Shown here one piece after another: positions 29,516 to 38,323 of a DNA stretch of 64,000 nucleotides. A program made the translations under genes and the position numbers. Below the pieces are notes generated by a model. That model did no database searches. It was not told where the DNA came from and worked only from the letters and a program-made list of their open reading frames with translations. The stretch covers positions 1 to 64,000 of the forward strand of contig BTVJ01000033.1 in the NCBI GenBank assembly GCA_045863395.1, in the 5' to 3' direction. Position 1 is the first letter of the stretch. Each line of letters starts with the position of its first letter. This DNA comes from Myxococcales bacterium (GTDB lineage: Bacteria; Myxococcota_A; UBA9042; JABWCM01; BTVJ01).

Positions 29516-31003
29516 TCAGCGCGGCCCCGTGGGGCGGAAGGGCTCCGGGGTGAGCACGATGTCCTTGAAGCTGGCGCGGGCGTGGTAAAGGTAGAGGCCG
29601 AACAGGGAGTACCGATCCCGGTCCTCTGGCACGTCGAGCACCTGGCGGCCGTCCACGCTGACCTGGAGGCGGTCGGCGGTCACGCGCACGGTCACGTCCA
29701 CCCACTCGCCGAGGCGGATGCGCTCGGGGGCCGAGCGGACCACGTCGATGTGCGTGGCCGAGAAGCTGCGGCGCACGGCGACGCGGTTCGCGGCGAAGTC
29801 CACCAGGTAGTAGTAGGGGTACTCCCCGTGGAAGTTGTTGCCCAAGATGAGCCCCGCGGTGCCCTTCTCGAGCCGCAGGCGCAGCTTGACCGTGAACAGG
29901 CGGTGAGGCAGCTCACTGCGGATGAGGTAGTTGTAGCTGCTCGTCCCCTCCGCGCGGATGGCTCCGTCCTCGACGCGCCAGCCGCCCCCCTCGTGGATGG
30001 TCCACTCCTCGATGCCGCGCCCGTCGAACAGGGCGACGGGACCAGGCACGGGCAGGGACTGGCGCCCGACCCAGGCGCGCCACTCGGCGTCCAGGGTGTC
30101 CAGGTCTGGCCCGAACAGCTCGCTGAAGGCGTCCATGCCGTCGTGGCCGCTCCGCAGGCGCATCAGGTAGAGGGGGAGCCGCTCGGCGTGGGTGGGGTGG
30201 TGGGCCAGGAAGCTGACCAGCCCCCATGATGCCGCGTAGTAGATGTTCATGGAGTCGCCGCTGTACCGGTCCGGCGGGCTCCGCAGGAGCGCGCGGAGGC
30301 CCACGAAGGTGCCGGTCTCCAGGGCGTTGACCAGGTAGGCGAGCTTGCCGGAGTTGGTCGTTCCGATGCGCAGGGCGTCGCCCTCGATCTGGAACGAGCC
30401 GAAGTACTCGGCGAGGCCCTCGTCGAACCAGATGGGCCAGTTCGGGCGCGTGTAGCGGTAGAAGAAGGGATCTTCAAAGACCTCGCCCATCACCGCGTGG
30501 ATGATCTCGTGAAAGTAGAGCTGCATGGAGTTGTTGTAGCGGTACGTCACGATGGTCTTGGTGCCGCCGTCGTAGTAGCCGCCGTTGTTGGTGAGCTGCG
30601 GGGCGTTCTGGTTCGCGTAGTGCTGGTAGTCCTCCTGCCGCTCGAACAGCACGATGGCCGTGCGGGGAATCTTGAAGGACGCGCGGAACGTGTCGCTGAG
30701 GCCCTCGACCAGGCGGTCGTGGTACTGGTCGAGGCGACGGGCCAGCTCCCGGGCGTAGGTGGGGTCGGCGTCGGTGCGCAGCAGGAAGTGCTTCGCTTCG
30801 TAGACGTTGAGGCGCGCGGCCCACGGCGTCGGGTCCGCCGCACGGGCGACCGGCGCCGGCGGGCCCTGCTCCCGGGCCGTGGCCGCCCGCTCCGGCGGCG
30901 CCTGGGCCGCGGCGACGGACGGCAGGAGCAGGCTCAGCAAGGTGAGCGCGGCTCTCGTCAACGACTGGTCCGCGCGCCTGCCCTGCAAGAGGCCTCCGAC
31001 CAT
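29516..31003 (-). CDS. Secreted DUF1570-like HEXXH domain plus DUF1080-like domain protein
   Basis: FHEIIH...WFDEGLAEYF; LFDGRGIEEW...WRVEDGAI...ASFKDI; start uncertain. Confidence 0.65.
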   Translation of the reverse strand: MVGGLLQGRRADQSLTRAALTLLSLLLPSVAAAQAPPERAATAREQGPPAPVARAADPTPWAARLNVYEAKHFLLRTDADPTYARELARRLDQYHDRLVEGLSDTFRASFKIPRTAIVLFERQEDYQHYANQNAPQLTNNGGYYDGGTKTIVTYRYNNSMQLYFHEIIHAVMGEVFEDPFFYRYTRPNWPIWFDEGLAEYFGSFQIEGDALRIGTTNSGKLAYLVNALETGTFVGLRALLRSPPDRYSGDSMNIYYAASWGLVSFLAHHPTHAERLPLYLMRLRSGHDGMDAFSELFGPDLDTLDAEWRAWVGRQSLPVPGPVALFDGRGIEEWTIHEGGGWRVEDGAIRAEGTSSYNYLIRSELPHRLFTVKLRLRLEKGTAGLILGNNFHGEYPYYYLVDFAANRVAVRRSFSATHIDVVRSAPERIRLGEWVDVTVRVTADRLQVSVDGRQVLDVPEDRDRYSLFGLYLYHARASFKDIVLTPEPFRPTGPR

Positions 31004-31105
31004 CTGCGTCCGGGGAACGACCACAGAGCACGATACCGGGGCTCCGTGGGGCTGTAAAGCTCTGCACAGTGGCGCTCGCGGGCGACCTGTGCCACCATCG
31101 CGGCC

Positions 31106-32350
31106 ATGCGACGTGGGCTTGTCCTCGCCATGGTCCTCTGGAGCGGCGGCACTTGGGCATCGGGGCCCTCGGTCTGGGTGAAGTGGGCCGTGGACGCCCC
31201 GCCGGCCGTGCGCGCAGAGATTGGCGACCTCTACGGGCGGGCGGTGATCGCCGGCCTCGCGCCCTCCACACAGCCGCCGTCCATCACGCCCGTGGCGCCG
31301 GCGAGCGCTGCCGAGGTCGCCGCGCTGCTCCGTGACGGCGAGGACGCCTTCTTTGCCATCGAGCTCGACAAGGCGCGCTCGGCTCTGTCGGCTGCCTGGG
31401 AACGGCTCCGCAAGAACCCGGCGCTCCTCGCCGATCCGGCCGTGGGGCCCGCTCGCGCCGCGTCGGGGCTCCTGACCCTGGTCCGTGCGCACCTGCACGA
31501 GGGGAGGGGCGCCGATGCCGAGGCCGTGCTGCGGTGGCTCCTCGGTGTGCACCCGGACGCGGAGATCTCCGCCGCCACCCAGCCCGCCAACGTGGTGGAG
31601 CTGGCGCGGACGGTGCGCTCGTCGCTGGTGACGGGACGCATCACGTGGGAGGTCCTCGGGCCGTCCGCCGGGTGTCGCGTGTTCGTGCACGGCATGGATC
31701 GGGGTGCGCAGTCCCCGGTGGAGGTCGCGGCGGGGGAGCATCTGCTGTGGGTGCGGTGCGGCGACGCCGCCGGGTGGTCGTGGCGCGTGGACGTGCCCGC
31801 GGGAGGACAGGTGACGCTACGCACGGCCCCCGCGACCGAGGCGACGCTGCGCTGGGAGAACGGGGCGCTGGTCCCCTCGGGTGAGCTGGAGGCCGGGGCC
31901 CCGCTCGTGATCGCTCGCGCCCTGGGCGTCTCCGTGGTGGCGCCGCTCGGGGAGGCTGGGGCCATGTCGCTGATCGAGGCGCGCCCCGATGGCACGACCC
32001 GCGTCGTGGTGGTGCCGCCCTCGGAGGCGCCGGCGATTGTCGAGTCGGTGGAGGCTGAGGCGTCTGGGGCGCTCAGCGGCTGGGGTTGGGCGACGCTCGG
32101 GCTCGGCGCTGCGCTGGTCGCTGGAGGGGGCGCGCTGCACGGTGTCCACGATGGGCGCGTAGGGTCTGGCGGGGCGACCTCGAGCGACATGGACGATGCC
32201 CGCACGCTCCGCGGGGCCTCCATCGGACTCTATGCGGCGGGCGGCGCGGCGCTCGCGACGGGCATCGTCCTGCTGATCGTGGACGCGGCCGATGCGCCGG
32301 TGGCGGTCGGCGCTGGTCCGGGCGGAGTGGCGCTGCTCGGGCGCTTCTGA
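31106..32350 (+). CDS. Exported PEGA-like protein with a C-terminal hydrophobic hairpin
   Basis: Signal peptide; RVFVHG...VAAGEH PEGA-like segment; typical ...GGVALLGRF terminus. Confidence 0.6.
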   Translation: MRRGLVLAMVLWSGGTWASGPSVWVKWAVDAPPAVRAEIGDLYGRAVIAGLAPSTQPPSITPVAPASAAEVAALLRDGEDAFFAIELDKARSALSAAWERLRKNPALLADPAVGPARAASGLLTLVRAHLHEGRGADAEAVLRWLLGVHPDAEISAATQPANVVELARTVRSSLVTGRITWEVLGPSAGCRVFVHGMDRGAQSPVEVAAGEHLLWVRCGDAAGWSWRVDVPAGGQVTLRTAPATEATLRWENGALVPSGELEAGAPLVIARALGVSVVAPLGEAGAMSLIEARPDGTTRVVVVPPSEAPAIVESVEAEASGALSGWGWATLGLGAALVAGGGALHGVHDGRVGSGGATSSDMDDARTLRGASIGLYAAGGAALATGIVLLIVDAADAPVAVGAGPGGVALLGRF

Positions 32351-32415
32351 GAGGGGCGCGTTGCGGGGCTCGCGGGGGGCTTCTATACTCCCGCCATCTC
32401 AAGACGGAGGACACC

Positions 32416-33273
32416 ATGCGGTTCGAGCGGCTCGTGATCATAGGGTGTGGCACGGTGGGGAGCGCGTTTGCGGCGGCGGCGCGCGAGAAGGAGCTGGCCG
32501 GCCGCATCGTGGCCGTGGACACGGCGGCCATGGCGCTTGCGAAGCTGCTGGAGGACGGGACGGCCGACGAGGCGATGTTCGATGCCCGGCCGGCGGTCGC
32601 CAAGGCCGACGCGGTGATCCTCTGCGTCCCGGCGTCCGCGGTCGTCCAGGTGCTCTACACCATCATCGACGACATCGCGCCCGGCACGCTGGTCATGGAC
32701 ACGGCAGCGGCCAAGTCGCGCATCGTGCGCGAGACGGACGAGTTCGTGCCCCTGACGGTCCACTACATCAGCACCCACCCCATCTTCACGAAGGGCGGCG
32801 GCGACAAGACGGGCGCGGCGCGCTTCGACGGGGGCATCTGCGTGATGACCCCGTCCGAGAGCACGAAGCCCGAGGCCATGGAGAAGGCGCTCGACCTGTA
32901 CAAGGACCTCGGGATGCGGGTCATCCAGATGGACCCGAACGACCACGACGTGGCGCTGGCCGCGCTGGAGCAGCTCCCCAGCGTGATCTCCATCGCGACG
33001 CTGGTCACGCTCGACTCGTCGGCGAAGGAGCTCGGCCACTTCGTGGAGCTGGGCGCCGACCGCCTGAAGGACCTGGTGCGCCACGCGCCGCGGGCGTCGT
33101 CGGGGTGGGCGGACAAGGCGCTCGACAACCGGGAGCAGGTCGCCTTCCTGCTCGAGCGTCTGGAGGGAGTAGTCCACACACTGCGAGACGCCCTGGAGAA
33201 GGGCAACGGGCCCGCGATTCAAGGGATTCTTCAGAGGGTGGACGCCCTGCTGGGGCGGACGCCGCAGGCGTAG
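32416..33273 (+). CDS. tyrA: Prephenate/arogenate dehydrogenase (TyrA family), divergent
   Basis: IIGCGTVG, ILCVP, DTAAAKS, STHP, DHD; GGAGG RBS. Confidence 0.7.
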   Translation: MRFERLVIIGCGTVGSAFAAAAREKELAGRIVAVDTAAMALAKLLEDGTADEAMFDARPAVAKADAVILCVPASAVVQVLYTIIDDIAPGTLVMDTAAAKSRIVRETDEFVPLTVHYISTHPIFTKGGGDKTGAARFDGGICVMTPSESTKPEAMEKALDLYKDLGMRVIQMDPNDHDVALAALEQLPSVISIATLVTLDSSAKELGHFVELGADRLKDLVRHAPRASSGWADKALDNREQVAFLLERLEGVVHTLRDALEKGNGPAIQGILQRVDALLGRTPQA

Positions 33274-33276
33274 GGG

Positions 33277-35688
33277 TCAGGCCCGCAGCGTCGCGCCTTC
33301 GGTGGCAAGGGCTGCGACCACCGCGTCGATGCGAGCCTGCACCTCATCGGCGTGCAGCGTGCGCTGGGGCTCCTGGAAGGTCAGGCTGATCGCCAGGCTG
33401 ACCGTCCCCTCCGGGATGCCCGCCCCCTCGTAGCGGTCGAAGAGGTGGAGGCCCGTGAGGAGCGGGCCCGCCGCGGCGCTCGCCGCGGCGAGCAGGCGCT
33501 CGGCGGGGACGTCGCGGGGGACGATCACGGCGATGTCACGGTAGACCGCCGGCTGGGAGGGCAGGGGTCGGAAGACCACCGTGCGCTGGGAGGCTTCGAG
33601 CAGCGCGTCAAGGTGCAGCTCCGCCACGAGGGCGGGGCGGTCCAGGTCGATGGCGCGCAGCCACGGGGCGGCCACCTCCCCCAGGGCGCCGGCCACGCGG
33701 TCACCGAGCAGCAGGGACATGCTCTTGCCGGGCACCAGGTCGCCCGACGTGGGGACCCACCGGGCGTCGGTCACGCCCAGGCGCGAGAGCAGGGCGTCGA
33801 TGAGGCCCTTGAGGTCGAAGAGGCTGAGCTGCGCGCCGAACGCTGCGGGGCACCACGCCGGCAGGCGCCGCTCGCCGGTGGCGACCAGCGAGACCAGCGT
33901 GGGCTCCCAGGCAGCGCCGTCCAGCCGGAAGTAGGCGCGCCCCACCTCGAACAGGTGCACGCCCGTCTGGTAGCGCAGGTTCTCGGCGGCGTTGCGCAGC
34001 AGCCCGGGGATGAGCGTCGTGCGCATGGCGTCGCGCTCGCTGGACTGGGGGTTTGCCAGGTGGATCGGGGTCGCGCTGTCCGGGAGCGTGAACGGGGAGG
34101 CGAAGGTGTTCCAGGCGCGAGAGACGATGCTGTAGTTGATCGCCTCGTGGAAGCCCGCGCCGCAGAGCAGGGCGGCGACCTCGCGCGTGGCGCGGAGCGT
34201 GGCTTCGCTGGCGTAGGGGCGCTGGTCCAGGTAGACCGGGACGGCGACGGACGGCTCGATGCGGTTCATCCCCCAAGCGCGGGCGACCTCCTCGATCAGG
34301 TCCGCGGCGCAGGAGACATCCTTGCGGAAGCTCGGCGCGGTCACGTCGAGGCCGTCTGCCATCTGCTCCACGGTGAAGTCGAAGCCCCGCAGGATGTCTG
34401 CGATCTCCGGCTCTGGGATCGCGACGCCGAGGATGCGCTCGACCTCGCGCCCCGTCAGGTGGAGGCGGGTCGGGGTGGGGCGCACCGGGTAGACGTCCTG
34501 CCACCCCTCGAGGGTGGCGCCGGGGCAGGCGTCGAGCAGCAGACGGACCGCGCGGCGCATGGCCTCATGGGTCCACTCGGGGTCCACGTCCTTCAGGAAG
34601 CGCTCCGCCGCGTCGGTGCGCAGCTTGAGGCGCTGGGTGGTCCGCCGGATGGAGCGCAGGTCGAAGTGGGCGGCCTCGAGGAGGACGGCGGTGGTGTCGC
34701 CGTGGACGGCGCTGTCCTCGCCGCCGATCACGCCCGCGACGGCGACGGGGCCTGCGCCGTCGGCGATGATCAGCGTGTCCGGGTGGAGCGCATAGGTGGC
34801 GCCGTCGAGCGCCAGCATGGACTCGCCGGGCTGGGCGGTGCGCACGTCGATGCGGGGTCCGCTCAGGTTGGCGAGGTCGAAGAAATGGAGCGGCTGGCCC
34901 ATCTCCAGCATCACGTAGTTGGCGACGTCCACCACGTTGTTGATGGGGCGCATGCCTCCCGACCGCAGGCGTGCCTGCAGCCAGGCCGGGGAGGGGCCGA
35001 CGGTGACGCCCCGGATCACCGCGCCCAAGTAGCGGTGGCACAGGTCTGGGGCTGTGATCGTGATCGGGACGGAGCCCGTACCCGGGGCGCCCACGCTGGC
35101 GCGGGCGAGGGCGTCGGGCCGCACGGGGATGCGCAGGAGCGCCGCCATCTCGCGCGCCATGCCGTAGATGCTGAAGGTGCGGCCGAGGTCCGGCGTGAGG
35201 TCGATCTCGAGGATCGTGTCGCCGAGCACCGCGGAGAGGGGGGTGCCCGGTGCTGGGGCGCCGTCCAGGAACAGCACGCCGCTGTGGTCATCGGAGAGCC
35301 CCAGCTCCCGCTCGCTGCACAGGACCGTGGACGACGCGAAGCCGCGGACGGTCCGCTCGGCGACCGTGACGGGGCCGTCCGGGGTCTGGATCTGCCCGCC
35401 GGGGAGCGCGACGGCGACCAGGCGGCCGATGGTGGTCGCGTCCACGTTGGGGGCGCCGCACGCGCTGTCGTGACTGGAGCCGCCCACGTCGACGGTCACC
35501 CGCTGCACGTGGGCGCCCTCGATGGGGGCGACGGCGACAATCCGACCCACGACCAGATGGTCCCACCCGGCGCCCACGTGCTCGACGTGTGCGACCTCCA
35601 GGCCCGCCAGGTTGCAGGTGTCGGTCAGGTGGTCGAGGCGGGCGGGGACGTCGATGAAGGTCTTGAGCCACGACAGCGGCACGCGCAT
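33277..35688 (-). CDS. pheT: Phenylalanine--tRNA ligase beta subunit
   Basis: MRVPLSWL, CGAPNV, INNVVDVANYVMLE, DLIEEVAR, LFEVG, C-terminal FDX-ACB domain. Confidence 0.95.
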   Translation of the reverse strand: MRVPLSWLKTFIDVPARLDHLTDTCNLAGLEVAHVEHVGAGWDHLVVGRIVAVAPIEGAHVQRVTVDVGGSSHDSACGAPNVDATTIGRLVAVALPGGQIQTPDGPVTVAERTVRGFASSTVLCSERELGLSDDHSGVLFLDGAPAPGTPLSAVLGDTILEIDLTPDLGRTFSIYGMAREMAALLRIPVRPDALARASVGAPGTGSVPITITAPDLCHRYLGAVIRGVTVGPSPAWLQARLRSGGMRPINNVVDVANYVMLEMGQPLHFFDLANLSGPRIDVRTAQPGESMLALDGATYALHPDTLIIADGAGPVAVAGVIGGEDSAVHGDTTAVLLEAAHFDLRSIRRTTQRLKLRTDAAERFLKDVDPEWTHEAMRRAVRLLLDACPGATLEGWQDVYPVRPTPTRLHLTGREVERILGVAIPEPEIADILRGFDFTVEQMADGLDVTAPSFRKDVSCAADLIEEVARAWGMNRIEPSVAVPVYLDQRPYASEATLRATREVAALLCGAGFHEAINYSIVSRAWNTFASPFTLPDSATPIHLANPQSSERDAMRTTLIPGLLRNAAENLRYQTGVHLFEVGRAYFRLDGAAWEPTLVSLVATGERRLPAWCPAAFGAQLSLFDLKGLIDALLSRLGVTDARWVPTSGDLVPGKSMSLLLGDRVAGALGEVAAPWLRAIDLDRPALVAELHLDALLEASQRTVVFRPLPSQPAVYRDIAVIVPRDVPAERLLAAASAAAGPLLTGLHLFDRYEGAGIPEGTVSLAISLTFQEPQRTLHADEVQARIDAVVAALATEGATLRA

Positions 35689-35721
35689 GGGGTCCTCCTG
35701 GTGTGCCTTGGGGGGCGGCGG

Positions 35722-36759
35722 CTAGAGCGCTCGGAACTGCCTCAGGAAGCGCACGTCGTTGCGGTAGAAGTGGCGGATGTCGTCGATGCGGTAGCGCAGC
35801 ATGGCCATGCGCTCGACGCCCATGCCGAAGGCGTACCCGCTGACCTTGTCCGGGTCGTAGCCGCCGTTGCGCAGCACCGTCGGGTGGACCATGCCGGCGC
35901 CGAGGATCTCGATCCACCCGGTGCGCTTGCACAGGCCGCAGCCCTTGGACTCGCAGTTGAAGCAGTCCACGTCCACCTCCATGGAGGGCTCCGTGAACGG
36001 GAAGTAGGAGTTGCGCACGCGGATCTGCCGGCCCGGCCCGAAGATGCGCCGCGCCGCCCCCTGGAGCACGGCGAGCAGGTCGCGCATGGTCACGTTGGGC
36101 CCTACCTCGAGGCCCTCCACCTGGTGGAACATGAACTCGGTGCGCGCGGTGACCTGCTCGTAGCGGTAGACCTTGCCCGGGCAGATCACCTTGACGGGCT
36201 CGGGGGCGCGCTCCCGCATGACGCGGATCTGCACCGGCGACGTGTGGGTGCGCAGCACGTCGCCCTCGCCCTCGGCGTAGAAGGTGTCCCACATGTCGCG
36301 GGCGGGGTGGTCCGCCGGCATGTTCAAGAGCTCGAAGTTGAGGACGTCGGACTCCACCTCGGGGCCCTGCGCCTCCAGGAAGCCCATGCTGCGGAAGATG
36401 TCGCGCAGGTCCTCAAGCGTAGCCGCAATGGGGTGGCGGTTGCCGAGCGGGACGTCCACGCCCGGCAGCGTCACGTCCACCCGCTCGCGCTCGAGGCGCG
36501 CCGCGAGCTCCTTGGCGTCGATGTCTGCCTTGCGCTCCTCGAGGGCGGCCTCGAGGCGCGAGCGCACCTCGTTGAGCACCTTGCCCGCGGCGGGCCGCTC
36601 CTCCTTCGGGAGCGCGCCGAGCCCCTTCATCAAGGCGGTCATGGCCCCGGACTTGCCGAGGATGCGCACCCGCCAGTCCTCCAGGGCGGCGCTGGTGCCA
36701 AGGGCAGCCAGGTCCGCCAGCGCCTCGTCTGCCACCCTCTGTGCGTCGCTCTCGCCCAT
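35722..36759 (-). CDS. pheS: Phenylalanine--tRNA ligase alpha subunit
   Basis: HPARDMWDTF, LRTHTSPVQIR, FHQVEGL, YFPFTEPS, GYAFGMGVER. Confidence 0.97.
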   Translation of the reverse strand: MGESDAQRVADEALADLAALGTSAALEDWRVRILGKSGAMTALMKGLGALPKEERPAAGKVLNEVRSRLEAALEERKADIDAKELAARLERERVDVTLPGVDVPLGNRHPIAATLEDLRDIFRSMGFLEAQGPEVESDVLNFELLNMPADHPARDMWDTFYAEGEGDVLRTHTSPVQIRVMRERAPEPVKVICPGKVYRYEQVTARTEFMFHQVEGLEVGPNVTMRDLLAVLQGAARRIFGPGRQIRVRNSYFPFTEPSMEVDVDCFNCESKGCGLCKRTGWIEILGAGMVHPTVLRNGGYDPDKVSGYAFGMGVERMAMLRYRIDDIRHFYRNDVRFLRQFRAL

Positions 36760-36882
36760 CGCTTCACCCTCGTGCTCGTCGCAAGGGGGCGCATTAGCAC
36801 GCGATGGCGCGGTGTGTCAAACCGGCCGGCTCTCGACCCGCGGCGTGATGCGCGCTAGGTTTGGGTGCTGGAGGTGACTGCC

Positions 36883-38196
36883 ATGGCCCGCTGGATTATC
36901 CGCCCAGGGAAGTACGAGGCGACGCGAGCAGTGACGGTCCGGGTCCCCGGCGACAAGTCCATCGGCCACCGCGCCGTCATGCTCTCTGCCCTCGCCGACG
37001 GGGTGAGCCGCATCACGGGGCTCTCGGGGGGAGAAGACAACCGCTCGACGGTGGCCTGCCTCCGGGCGCTGGGGGTGGACATCGAAGAGGCTGGGGCAGG
37101 CGCCCTCCTGGTGCGCGGCGTGGGCCTCGGGGGGCTGCGATCACCGGCGGGAGACCTGGACTGCGGCAACTCGGGGACCACCATGCGGCTGATGGCCGGG
37201 GTGCTTGCCGGACAGGCGCTGCCGGCCCGGCTCGTCGGGGACGCCTCCCTGAGCCGTCGCCCCATGCGCCGCGTCATCGAGCCCCTGGAGGCCATGGGGG
37301 CCCGGGTCGTCGCGGAGGGCGAAGGGGGGCGCCCACCCCTGAGGGTGTGGGGAGGCGGCCTGCGGGGCATCGCGTGGATGAGCCCGGTGGCCAGCGCCCA
37401 GGTCAAGAGCGCCATCCTGCTGGCGGGGCTCCGCGCAGAGGGGGAGACGTCGGTGACCGAGCCAGCCCTGAGCCGCGACCACACGGAGCGAATGCTGCGG
37501 CGGCGCGGCGTGGACGTGCGGGTAGACGGGCTGCGCGTCTCGCTGGAGCCCGTCAAGCGCCTCGACGCCATGGACGTGGACGTCCCCGGCGACCCGTCGA
37601 GCGCCGCGTTTCCCCTGGCCATGGCGATCCTGACCGGGGCGGTCACGGTGGCGGGCGTCGGGGTCAACCCGACCCGCACCGGGTTTCTCGACGCCCTGCA
37701 GGCGATGGGAGCGGCCGTTGCCGTGAGCGAGGGCCCCGACGCCGGCGGGGAGCCCACCGCGGATCTCCGAGTGGAGAGAGTCTCCCTCCGTGGCGCAGTC
37801 ATCGAGGGCGCTCTGATTCCCCGCCTCATCGACGAGGTCCCGATATTGGCGGTCCTGGCGACGCAGGCTCGTGGGGTCACCGAGATTCGCGACGCGGCGG
37901 AGCTCCGCGTGAAGGAGTCTGACCGCATCGCCGTGGTCGCGGCCCACCTCCGCGCATTGGGGGGCCATGTCGAGGAGCGCCCCGACGGGCTGATCGTCGA
38001 GGGCCCGACTCCGTTGCGGGGGGCGCGGCTGGAGAGCCATGGAGACCACCGAATCGCCATGGCAGGAGCGGTCGCTGGGCTGATTGCCAAAGGAGAGACG
38101 ATCATCGAGGACGTCGCCTGCGTGGCGACGAGCTTCCCGGGATTCGTGGAGCTGCTGCGGCGCGTCGTGCCGGCCGCGGAGATTCTGGAGGAGTGA
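36883..38196 (+). CDS. aroA: 3-phosphoshikimate 1-carboxyvinyltransferase (EPSP synthase)
   Basis: PGDKS, DCGNSGTTMRL, SAQVKSA, SRDHTE, RVKESDR, DHRIAM. Confidence 0.97.
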   Translation: MARWIIRPGKYEATRAVTVRVPGDKSIGHRAVMLSALADGVSRITGLSGGEDNRSTVACLRALGVDIEEAGAGALLVRGVGLGGLRSPAGDLDCGNSGTTMRLMAGVLAGQALPARLVGDASLSRRPMRRVIEPLEAMGARVVAEGEGGRPPLRVWGGGLRGIAWMSPVASAQVKSAILLAGLRAEGETSVTEPALSRDHTERMLRRRGVDVRVDGLRVSLEPVKRLDAMDVDVPGDPSSAAFPLAMAILTGAVTVAGVGVNPTRTGFLDALQAMGAAVAVSEGPDAGGEPTADLRVERVSLRGAVIEGALIPRLIDEVPILAVLATQARGVTEIRDAAELRVKESDRIAVVAAHLRALGGHVEERPDGLIVEGPTPLRGARLESHGDHRIAMAGAVAGLIAKGETIIEDVACVATSFPGFVELLRRVVPAAEILEE

Positions 38197-38323
38197 GTCT
38201 CGCTGGAGGCCGGCACACGGCAGTGGGGTGGAAGTTTCTGGTTGCCAGGGCGCCTGTTCGATGCCACGATGGTCTCATCACGGCGGCGGGTCGTCCCGCG
38301 CTGGCACCGGGCGGAGGTCCACC

